NCBI GenBank assembly: GCA_964016885.1
Contig: OZ024754.1
Location: 35,960,001-36,024,000 of the forward strand
Length of the DNA stretch: 64,000 nucleotides
Source: Eledone cirrhosa
Taxonomy: Eukaryota
Direction: 5' to 3'
Shown here: piece after piece, positions 28,138 to 39,464 of the stretch
Position numbering within the stretch: position 1 is the first letter of the stretch
Layout: the number at the start of each line of letters is the position of its first letter
The notes under the pieces: generated by a model
What the model was told of the DNA's origin: nothing
Database searches by the model: none
The model's input: the letters and a program-made list of their open reading frames with translations, nothing else
Position numbers and translations under genes: made by a program

Positions 28138-28437
28138 TTTCTTTATTGGCCACAAGGGCTGACATCAAGAAAAACATTAATAATAATTGTTTCTACTTTT
28201 GGCACAAGGCCAGCAATTATCCCAGTGCATAATGATTTCTTTATAATAAATAATAAATGTGAAGACTAAAATCCAAAGAGGGCTCGATAAGGATAAATAT
28301 ATATCAAATATATAAGAACCCTAGAGCAAATATTTATTAAAATAACAGATTAAAGTTTAAGCAAAGAATCGGTGCTTTCACCCTTAATGAGATCTTCTGT
28401 GAAAGCACCGATTCTTTGCTTAAACTTTAATCTGTTA

Positions 28438-28539
<102 letters not shown>

Positions 28540-28540
28540 C

Positions 28541-28604
<64 letters not shown>

Positions 28605-28606
<2 letters not shown>

Positions 28607-30628
28607 CGTCATTAATAGGAGCGGTGAAAACCAATTACGCGCAAAGACAAAACCACGTTTATGGTATAAAAGAGGTCGTAGACTAATGTTCTCTTAGGTG
28701 GTGCATAGAGACGTTCTCTGGCAATGAACGAAAAAACGAAGATAATAAGTCATATGTGGAGCGTGGAGAACAATAGCACGCAAAGACAAAACCACGTAAA
28801 TGGTATAGCAGAAATCGTAGACTAAAATTCTAACTAGGAGACCAAATGAATCTCCGCTACAGGGTTAAGAACAAAGTAAATAAATACAATACAGAAGTAA
28901 TAGAAACAAATAAATACATACACGCAAACAGATACGTACATACACAAGCATACGCAAAACCTTACCATGGGTATACAAAACCACGCACATATAAATATGT
29001 GTGTGTGTGTATGCTTGTGTACAAATAAATAAATAATTATATAAACGTATATAAGTAAATAAATACGTATATAACAAGCGCACACGCATACCTACATATA
29101 AATACACGAATGTTCGGAGACGAAAGTCAACTAAAACAAGAAGTACACAAATACACACACCCACCATACGTACGAACCTGCAGACTCACGCGGACGCAAA
29201 ACTCCCGTATACACATAGCCAAACCCTAAATACGAGAATATGTAAAAATTATACGCTATAACAGTCAAATATACGTACGAGAAGGTATACATACCTTCAC
29301 AAAACATACGGGTAATATATACTTACCTATGCAAATAAGTAAAGGAATAAACAAAACATATACTTAGCTCCCACATCAAGACGTAAAATATCCACGTATA
29401 GATCGTGCTATCCGTTAGGGTATAACGTGGGGCTGTAATACAGGAAAGTTTTGTGCAATTTATGTTTACAAGCCGAAATTGCCTCAGATTTTTTGTTTAA
29501 GATGTGGTCTGTAGCGTAGAGTATTTCCAGGGCCTCAGCGGCGCAGAGGTCACATGGTCTTTTATTTCCGTTATACGATCTAGCCCTAGCTAGGATCTCC
29601 CAGTGTAACTTATATTGGGTGTGGTTGTCTTTTAGACTCCAGATATAAGCTGAAAGTGACGTCATATTCCTTCTTAGAGGGTAACGAAAAGAATGGGTAT
29701 GCATGTAAAGACGCTGCTTGAAACTATTGGCGGTTAACCCTATATAGGCCCTACGGGACGTGGGTGTTACAACCTTACATTTGTAGACAATGTTACTAGA
29801 GAGGCATTCCCGGATAGGGGACAATCAGCCCGATTCCTACAATTACAGTTAGTACTAACTACAGGGTTGCACGTGTTCCTACGGCTAGGTAGTTTAGCTA
29901 AATTTGAAGCTGTGATGTTATGTGCAAGGTTAGGAGTCGTAGAGTAAGAAATTTTAATAGTATTTCTATTAAAAATTTTACTATATTTATGTGTTGGGGG
30001 AAAATGCTTCGTAATAAGGGAAAGAAAGATCTTAGCTAATGGTGTGGCCACCTCCATATTATATGGTGGGTTAAACCAACAAATGCGACGGGATCTATTT
30101 CTTCTAGGTCTATTTTCGTACTCTGTATATGCTACCTTATCGACAAATCTACTTCGAGCAAGAGCTTCATTGTAATAAGTGGAATGGTCGTTGAAAATGC
30201 GCTCGTTGGTGGAAAGACGGGAAAGCCTCAACGAAACGTTTCTTACCAGGTTCTTGGTTATGCTGGCAGGATGGTTGGAATGCTTACTTATGTAAATTGA
30301 GCGTATCATTCGGCTTTCTATACGGGTAATACAACCCATTCAATAAATTGAGGGTAACGTCGAGGTAATTAACGACCGAGAGATTGGCCTCAACCTGTAT
30401 AGAGAGGTTGAAGCCTTTAAAGAAGGCTGTGAGTTCTTTTCTGAACCTGTCGCAAGCACGAGGTCCGCACTTAGTCATGGTCAAAAGACCATCGTCACGG
30501 TACAAACCGCCGCCCGCGTTGGGGAATTCGTCCTTGATAGAGAAAAGAAGGAAAAGGCCAATAAGATCAGTAACCTCCGCGGAGTCACTGGCGCCCATAC
30601 TCACGTCGAATGGGGTACTATTGGATTT
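28605..30628 (-). mobile_element. Penelope-like retroelement (Naiad-type), 5'-truncated: RT + CxCx5C linker + C-terminal GIY-YIG endonuclease, 2 frameshifts, ~800-bp 3' region
   Basis: Three overlapping minus-strand ORFs (30284-30640, 29767-30339, 29408-29824) join into one protein. RT motifs MGASDSAEVTDLIG / LYRDDGL / NYLDVTLNL; thumb region WFNPPY...KIFNRNTIKISYS; NCNCRNRADCPL; GIY-YIG NIVYKC...AYIGLTANSFKQRLYMH; CDLC..E, LNKKSE..C.H. Flanked by (TA)n. Confidence 0.9.
29408..30628 (-). pseudogene. Frameshifted RT/GIY-YIG ORF of the Penelope-like element
   Basis: Frame changes near 30300 and 29805 (…CPLSG|CLSSNIVYK…). The RT N-terminus is missing. Confidence 0.85.
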
Positions 30629-30706
30629 GGCTGAGCTCAAGCCGTTTCGACGGCTAATTAGCCGTCGAAACGGCTTGAGCTCAGCCGTCGGGGTCCTACT
30701 CGTTCC

Positions 30707-30742
<36 letters not shown>

Positions 30743-31383
30743 CTTAGATACATTCGTTTAAATTGTTCAAATATTCAAACATGTTCACACGCGTCTCAGA
30801 TGGACATAAAGATACACATCTGGTTGCCTCCCTTGATTTACTCATATTTTTCTAAAAACTAATGCTACAGAAACCCCCCCAGCCCCTCCTCCACCACCAC
30901 CACCACTACCCCCCCCCCACTACCCCCCCCCCCCCACCACCACCATTAATAATAAAATACAAAATATAATAAAGAAACCCACCCCACACAAGAAAAAAAA
31001 CCAACAAACAAATATAAAATTGCATGAAACATTTTCTGGGTGCGTGCAATGGTGCATCCCGGAAGAGTGAGCGGGACATACCTTTTCATATAACTGCCAC
31101 ACACGCATGCACACGCTCACACACAGACACACAGATACGTACAAAAGCGCACACACACACAAACACACATACATACGCACACATACACACACACACACAG
31201 ACACAGACTCACAAATACATACACACAAATACATGCACACGCGTGAGCACACACACGCACACACACACACACACACACACATATGTAGACAATTGCAATC
31301 AAACATAGCAAAACACATGTATGTTTCTATGTATGTACATTTATATATGTATGTAAATGTATATATACATGTATTTGTATATG

Positions 31384-31417
<34 letters not shown>

Positions 31418-31420
31418 TAG

Positions 31421-31465
<45 letters not shown>

Positions 31466-31541
31466 CATACATATATATTTATACATATATATATATATAT
31501 ACATATATATACACACACACACACTCACACACACACAGACC

Positions 31542-31660
<119 letters not shown>

Positions 31661-31721
31661 TGAAAGAAACTGTAAACAGAAAAAAAAAAGATGGGTGGAA
31701 TGATGCGAGGAAGAAATGAAG

Positions 31722-31792
<71 letters not shown>

Positions 31793-32753
31793 ACGAAAGA
31801 AAGAAAAAACGAAAGAAAGGAAGAAAGAAAGAAGGTAATAAGAGAAGAAATGGACGGAAAGAAAGCAGAATGGAAAAGAAAGTGGAAGTGAAGGGGGAGT
31901 TTACAGATGACTGATAAGCGGAAGTTTATCAGATTGGACAGATAGGAAATGGATCTGTCTTGCAACGGTGGCTAATGTTGAATAGGTGTGCGAATGGGGG
32001 TGATAGAGCTGTGACATTTGAATGAAGGAAGCAGTAACAAATGTCGTTATGTACATTGTTATTGAAAAGAAGGGCCATCCTAAAAAAAAAATAAAAAAAA
32101 AAAACAACAACAAAACAATCCCTTACCCACTACAAGTTCAATCTTGTCTCTCTCCATCCCTTTGTTTTTCCTGCTGCCACCACTAACCCCACCACCAGAT
32201 AAAGAAAATAAAAATAATAATTGCTGGGGTGTTGTAAGAAAGGAGCAGAAAATACAGAGAAAACCTCCCCAAAAAATTCCGGAAAAATGAAATAAAATGA
32301 AATAAAATATTGACAATAAAAACGGGAGTAAAAATATATATTAATAACAACATTAATAACAACAATAACAACAACAATAACAACAACAATAATAACAACA
32401 ATAATAACAACAACAATAACAACAATAATAACAACAATAACAACAACAATAACAACAACAATAACAACAACAATAATAACAACAATAACAACAACAATAA
32501 CAACAATAATAACAACAATAACAACAACAATAACAACAACAATAACAACAACAATAATAACAGCAATAACAACAACAATAACAACAACAATAACAACAAC
32601 AATAATACGAATGATAATAAACATGATAATAACAAAAGTAATGATATTAATAATAGTATTAAACAATAATAGTTTTTAATTTGAAGACATGGCCAGCAGT
32701 ATGTGGCAAGAGGAAATTCGATTATATCGACTACAGTATTTCACTAGTGTGCA

Positions 32754-33040
32754 GGCACGTGGCCTAGTAGTAAGGGTGTTGGACTTACGATCATAATGTC
32801 GTGGGTTCGATTCCTGGGTTGCGTGTTGTGTTCTTGAGCAAAACACTTCATTTCACGTTGCTCCAGTATACTCAGCTGAAAATGAGTACCAGTAATAACT
32901 GGAGGTTTAACCCTGCGATGGACTGGTGTCCTGTCCAGGGGGAAGTCTTCTTCTCTCACTCGCTTCACGCCATGCAACTGGGATAAGCACCGGCCAAATG
33001 AGCCTTCTGGCTTAAGACAGACTTTAGACTTTTTAGACTT
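32754..33040 (+). mobile_element. tRNA-derived CORE-like SINE, different tail (related copy 43170-43465, -)
   Basis: tggcctagtagt / ggttcgattcc boxes, gttcttgagcaaaacactt, accctgcgatggactgg, (agacttt)n tail. Confidence 0.8.
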
Positions 33041-33224
33041 CACTAGTATTGTCATTTATCAACACCAAAAGGATGTTTTGAGCTAAAAAAAAGAGCCAGA
33101 ACAAATACCACTAGGCATTTGTCCGACGCTCTACTGACTCTTCCAGCCTTAATTTGATATTCGATAAAATCTACTTTCCAATTTGCAGATCTTGCGCCAA
33201 AATTCAATATAATTCAGTATAATC

Positions 33225-33438
33225 AACCCTTCAGCATTTACATTACTCTATATATACTATTGTATTTTCTCGATTAAGGATTTATCTCACATAATATTGA
33301 ATCTATAAGATTTTGATGTCATTTATTTTGAAAACAGTACCTTAACATTAGTATGAGGGGCCAATTACGGTAGGTTTGAACTGAACGAGGTGAGAGAATT
33401 CTGGCCAGCTATGGCCGGTTTGAATGCTACAGAGTTAA
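33225..33438. mobile_element. piggyBac-like MITE (second copy 42496-42877 interrupted by a SINE)
   Basis: Ends aacccttcagcatt / aatgctacagagttaa and actgctaaagggttaa; shared interior ttatctcacataa…gaatctat.agattttgat. Confidence 0.6.
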
Positions 33439-33702
33439 TATTATTTCACCGGGAAATTTACGGTCTGCGTTCAAATCCCGCCGAGGTTAACTTTGCCTTT
33501 CATCCTTACGGGGTCGATAAAATAAAGTACCAGTAATGCACTGAGATAATTGCTGGCCTTGTGCCAAAAGTAGAAACAATTATTTCACCGGGAAAGGGCG
33601 GTGGATTACCAGTATTGTCGAGCGTCAGACAACCGGCATATAGTTACGTCCTAAGTTAAAATCTCACAGAGGTTAGCTTTGGTTTTCATCCTTACGGGAT
33701 CG

Positions 33703-34175
33703 ATGCTCAGAGTAGGCCCATTCACACGGGAAATTCTCATCTCATTCATCCACCTTTTAGCAAATATACTGGGGGGGGGGGGGGGGCAAACACAACTCTC
33801 TCTCTCCACCCTCATCTTCCTTTCCAAATGAAACTTGAGAAAGTTGATGAGGAATTGGTCGAAGAGAAAAGTATTTGTCTTCAGTCCTTTCAACCTGGCC
33901 CACAACAAAATCTTTATCCGCCACCGCCTCCATACAGAGGAAAACTATCTGCCCTTTTTGGCCAAAAGAAGGCGGCGGAGCGATCTTTGCTATGCAGTCG
34001 GTTGATATCCGGATTAGTCCTACACGTGACAACAGCTGTTCGACATAACTCCACAAGTCAGTAAATCACGGACACTGGACGAGTGCGTGCAGAACGCTTT
34101 CTTCGTTCTGCGCGCATTTCAGGCAGATCCGTCTGACAGCCCTTTCGTGTCTGTAGAGTTTATCTCGAACCGGTC
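33703..34175 (-). mobile_element. Degenerate 3' fragment of a related Tx1-clade LINE
   Basis: Translations LWSYVEQLLSRVG, LWARLKGLKTNTFL and ISRVNGPTLS match the C-terminus of the 39728-41755 ORF, with frameshifts. Confidence 0.85.
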
Positions 34176-34388
34176 AAGCCTGTCAAGTAGTCATAATACC
34201 TTAGTAGATTTGATAACGTAACACTACACGTGCTTTAATATCACCATGCTGCTTCTGCTTTTGAAACAGTATGTATTATATCTTGTTCCATTTCTCTAAG
34301 ACTTGAAGAATTGGCGGATTCTTGAATTATTGGTAGTTCGAATAATAATTGCTCCCCATATGAAACCACGGTAGGGAGATATTTTGAA

Positions 34389-34605
34389 ACGATCGACTTT
34401 CGTCAAATCGGACCGAGGGAACAATGTTTCCGTTGGTCTTTCCAATTGCTAATGCTATCTATCGGTCGCAACTCCAGGTAGAAGGAGCAACGTGAAATAA
34501 AGTGTCTTGCTCAAGGACATAACGTATGGCCTGGTCCAGGAATCGAACTCACAATCTTACGATTGAGAATCCAATTCTCTAACCACTCAGCCACGCGCCT
34601 TCACT
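34389..34605 (-). mobile_element. Chimeric SINE (tRNA/CORE-like head + unrelated ~95-bp tail); second copy 48309-48527
   Basis: Two near-identical copies share the same junction at …gcaactccaggtagaa(g/a)gagcaacgtg. Confidence 0.75.
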
Positions 34606-35463
34606 TAGGGAGATATAGATTTATATATAAGTGAAGTGAGATAGAAAAATGTTTCCGTCTGTTTTGTTTATTCTCCCGTAATTAGAGTTTTTCCTCATTT
34701 AATTTAAATATATATGTTCGGATCTAGCTGTCGAAACGCCCGGAGCTCAACCGTCGGGGTCCTGAACCGCGGTCTTTTGAGGAAAATATTTGTTACCACG
34801 ATTTTTGCGCGAAAAACATTCGTTACCATGATCTTTCACTGCCATGGCAGTATCGGTAGAGGGTCGGACGCCACGCTTTGCCGCATAGAGTTACGGCCCT
34901 TTCCATTCTGAGTTCAAATCCCGCCGAGGTTAACTTTGCCTTTTATCCTTACGGGGTCTATAAAATAAAGTACCAGTAATGCACTGGGTAATTGCTGGCC
35001 TTGTGCCAAAAGAGTAGAAACAATTATTTTGATTTAATTAATTATTCTTCCTCTCACTCTTTAACTGTTTCTATGTCCCAACTCTCTCTTAATCTATCAC
35101 CTCTCTGTCTTTCTTTCCGTTCTTTATCTCCCTCAACCCTCTCTCTATCTATCTGCCTCTCTCACCTTTCTTTCTATCTCTCCTCTATCTCATTCAAACC
35201 CTCTCTCTATCTCTCATACCTTTCTCCAGCTCTCTATCTATTTCTCCCCCTCTGTCTATCTCTATCCATTTATCTCTGTCTTTCTCACCTCCTCTCTCTA
35301 TCTCTCACCTTACTATCTCTCTCTATCTCTCACCTTACTATGTCTCTATATCATTCTTTCCCTCTATCTCTCTCTAACTCTCGCCTCTCTCTCTCTCTAT
35401 TTCTCCCTTCTCTATTCCTCACAACTTTCTCTATTTATCTTAAACCCCTCTCTCTATCTCCCA

Positions 35464-35508
<45 letters not shown>

Positions 35509-35574
35509 CCCCCTCTCTCTCTCTATCTATCTATCTATCTATCTACCTAACTATCTATGTATCTATCTAATTTT

Positions 35575-35690
35575 TTAAATTGCATTTGTGATAACATTTT
35601 ACACGTTTTTATTGTATGTAAACTTCCCCCTTTGTATTTGTCCCCTTCTTTTGAGCCCCTGTGGCTAATAAAGAAACATATCTATGTATC
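35575..35690 (+). mobile_element. Extreme 3' end of Tx1-like LINE
   Basis: …ccccttgtatttgtcccc…gtggctaataaagaaacatatctat matches the terminus of the 39.5-kb copy. Confidence 0.65.
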
Positions 35691-35985
35691 TATCTATCTC
35701 ACCCCTTCTCTATCACCAACTCCTCCCCTCTCTATCTATCTCACCCCTTCTCTATCACCAACTCCTCCCCTCTCTATCTATCTCACCCTCTCTCTATTAC
35801 CAACTCCTCCCCTCTATCTATCTCACCCCTTCTCTATCACCAACTCCTCCCCTCTCTATCTATCTCACCCTCTCTCTATCACCAACTCCTCCTCTCTCTA
35901 TCTATCTCACCCTCTCTCTATTACCAACTCCTCCCCTCTCTATCTATCTGACCCCCCCCCTCTATCATCTACTCCTCCCCTCTCT
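35686..35985. repeat. 42-bp CT-rich minisatellite, ~7 units
   Basis: tatctatctcaccccttctctatcaccaactcctcccctctc repeated. Confidence 0.85.
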
Positions 35986-36121
35986 GTCGACGTCTCTCAC
36001 TACACCCAACACGACTGGTTTCAAAATGGCGGCACTAATTAATATATAACCAACGATGTACAAAACATAATCGACATGGTTGTACGATTAGTTTTGCTGC
36101 GCCTGTAGCTATTATAGTGTG

Positions 36122-36633
36122 TTGCCTGTATCTGTGTGTGTGCGTGTGTGTGTGTGTGTGTGTGTATCGGTGTGTGTGTGAATGTGTGTGTGTGTATGCT
36201 AGTCTGTGTGTGTCTCTGTGTGTATGTGAGTGTGTGCGTGTATGTCTGTGTGTCTGTCTGTTTATGTGTGAGTGTGTCTGTGTGAGTGTCTCTGTGTGTC
36301 TGTGCCTGTGTGTGTCTGTGTGTGTGTCTGTGTGAGTGTCTCTGTGTGTCTGTCTGTGTGTGTGTACGTGTGTCTGTGTGTGTGTGTGCGTCTGTGTGAG
36401 TATGTCTGTGTGTGTGAGTGTCTGTGTCTGTGTGTCTGTGTATGTGTGTCTGTGTGTGTGTATGTGTGTGTGTGTCTGTGTGTATGTGTGTGTGTGTCTC
36501 TGTGTGTGAATATGTCTCTGTGTGTGAGTGTGAGTGTCTGTGTATGTGTATGTGTGAGTGTCTGTGTCTGTGTGTGTGTATATGTGTGTGTGTCTGTGTG
36601 TGTATGTGTGTGTGTCTGTGTGTGTATGTGTGT

Positions 36634-36670
<37 letters not shown>

Positions 36671-37165
36671 TGTGTGTGTATGTGTCTGTGTGTGTATGTG
36701 TCTGCGTGTGAGTATATCTTGTGTCTGTGTGTCTGTATGTGTCTGTCTGTGTGTCTGTGTGCGTCTGTGTGTATGTGTGTGTCTGTGTGTCTTGTGTGTG
36801 TGTGTATGTGTATGTGTGTGTAGGTGTGTGTGTGTGTATGTCTCTGTGTGTGAGTATGTCTGTATGTGTGTGTGTGTATGTGTGTGTAGGTGTGTGTGTG
36901 TGTATGTCTCTGTGTGTGAGTATGTCTGTGTGTGTGTGTATGTGTGTGTAGGTGTGTGTGTGTGTATGTCTCTGTGTGTGAGTATGTCTGTGTGTGTGTG
37001 TGTGTGTGTATGTGTAGGTGTGTGTGTGTGTATGTCTCTGTGTGTGTGTATGTCTCTGTGTGTGAGTATGTCTGTGTGTGTGTGTGTATGTGTGTGTAGG
37101 TGTGTGTGTGTGTATGTCTCTGTGTGTGAGTATGTCTGTGTGTGTGTGTGTGTGTGTGCGTGTGT
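36122..37165. repeat. Degenerate (GT)n megatract, representative of numerous (TA)n/(CA)n/(GA)n tracts throughout the window
   Basis: Direct inspection. Confidence 0.95.
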
Positions 37166-37279
37166 CAGTATGTCGGCGTGCAGTAATGTCCCGCACCACA
37201 CACTCCTGTTAATGTAGGTAGCTCGATAAATTCTGAATTATCGTCATCGTTCCAGTCGTTGATCGTCTCATTCGACATT

Positions 37280-38070
37280 TCACCGTCACCACCGTCATCA
37301 GCAACGTCGTCACCATCACCATCACTACCATCATCATCACCACCGTCATCAGCAACGTCGTCACCATCACCACCACCGCCATCAGCAACGTCGTCACCAT
37401 CACCAACACCACCATCACCATCACCACCGTCATCAGCAACGTCGTCACCACCACCACCATCACCACCGTCATCAGCAACGTCGTCACCACCGCCACCACC
37501 ACCACCATCACCACCGCCAGCACCACCACCACCACCATCATCACCACCGCCACCACCACCACCACCACCACCGCCACCACCACCACCACCACCGCCACCA
37601 CCGCCACCACCACCACCGCCACCACCGCCACCACCACCACCACCACCACCACCACCACCACCACCACCACCACCACCATCACCACCACCATCACCATCAC
37701 CACCACCATCACCACCACCATCACCACCGCCACCACCACCACCATCACCACCGCCAGCACCACCACCACCACCATCATCACCACCGCCACCACCACCACC
37801 ACCACCACCACCACCGCCACCACCGCCACCACCACCACCACCACCACCGCCACCACCGCCACCACCACCACCACCAACACCACCACCGCCACCGCCACCA
37901 CCACCACCACCACCACCGCCACCACCGCCACCACCACCACCGCCACCACCGCCACCACCACCACCACCACCGCCACCACCGCCACCACCGCCACCACCAC
38001 CACCACCAACACCACCACCGCCACCACCACCACCACCACCACCACCACCACCACCACCACCACCACCGCC
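37280..38070. repeat. Long compound (CAC)n trinucleotide tract (similar tracts 49883-50838 (GGT)n and 53285-53760)
   Basis: Direct inspection. Confidence 0.95.
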
Positions 38071-38251
38071 ATCGTCGTCGTTGTTGTGACAATGGTGTCC
38101 ATGACCAGAAGTGACAATGTCATCAGTGCAATGACCTCTGCCTCAAATAACGTCCTCTTAGAACCTGATTAGTTCCGGCCGATGTGTTGACCACATCATT
38201 GGCTGGTGGTGGTCACCTTCTGGATGGGGGTTGTGTAAGTAATAGCAGTTG

Positions 38252-38316
<65 letters not shown>

Positions 38317-38376
38317 ACTCTCACTCTCTCCCTCTCTCTGTGTCACTGTCTCACTGTCTCACTGTCTCACTGTCTC

Positions 38377-38456
<80 letters not shown>

Positions 38457-39285
38457 TCTCTCTCTCTCTCTCTCACTGTCTCACTGTCTCTCTCTCTATA
38501 TATATCTGACTCTCTCTCTCTCTCACTGTCTCACTGTCTCTCTCTATATATATCTGACTGTCTCTTTCTCTCTCTCTCCCTCTCACACACACACTCTCTC
38601 TCTCACGCCCTCTTGTTCTTCCTCTCTTTGTACGTACATGTTGTGTGCATGTGTGTTGCGTGAGCAGTGTGTGTTTGTGTGTGTTTGTGTGTTTGTGTGT
38701 GTGTGTGTGTGTGTATGTGGGCTTGTGAGTAGAAAGAAAATATAAAGAAGAGATAAGGAAAATGATGAAGATGATGATGATGATGTTGATGTTGATGTTG
38801 ATGGTGATGATGATGATAATGTTGATGTTGATGGTGATGTTGATGGTGATGATGATGGTGATGATGGTGATGATGATGATGATAATGTTGATGGTGATGA
38901 TGATGGTGATGATGATGGTGATGATTGATGATGATGTTGATGTTGATGATGATGATGATGATGATGATGTTGATGATGATGATGATGATTGATCATGATG
39001 TTGATGTTGATGATGATGTTGATGTTGACGTTGATGGTGATGATGCTGATGGTGATGTTGATGTTGATGGTGATGTTGATGGTGATGATGATGGCGAAGA
39101 CGGCGATAATACTATTATGTTGATAATAGGATAATAGTCATGATGATGATGATGATGATGATGATCTGGCGTTTAGAGAGGAAATGTAGCTGTATTTGAT
39201 TGAATGCATACTTGTGTGCAGCAGTGGGTGACGGAGATGTGGAAAGCCGCCGAGAGGGGGATAGAGAGTAAGGTGTGGGTATATA

Positions 39286-39407
<122 letters not shown>

Positions 39408-39418
39408 AAGAGACTGGC

Positions 39419-39463
<45 letters not shown>

Positions 39464-39464
39464 T

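Noticed and set aside
32754-32820. tRNA gene candidates with A/B boxes (also 51251-51320, 52378-52410)
   Set aside because: No complete cloverleaf. The first two continue into SINE bodies and the third is too short.
37209-38123. Long poly-Pro/poly-Val/poly-Thr ORFs (also 49843-50882, 53134-54617, 55631-57187)
   Set aside because: Trinucleotide tracts are open in several frames by construction; no non-repetitive domain or splice structure.
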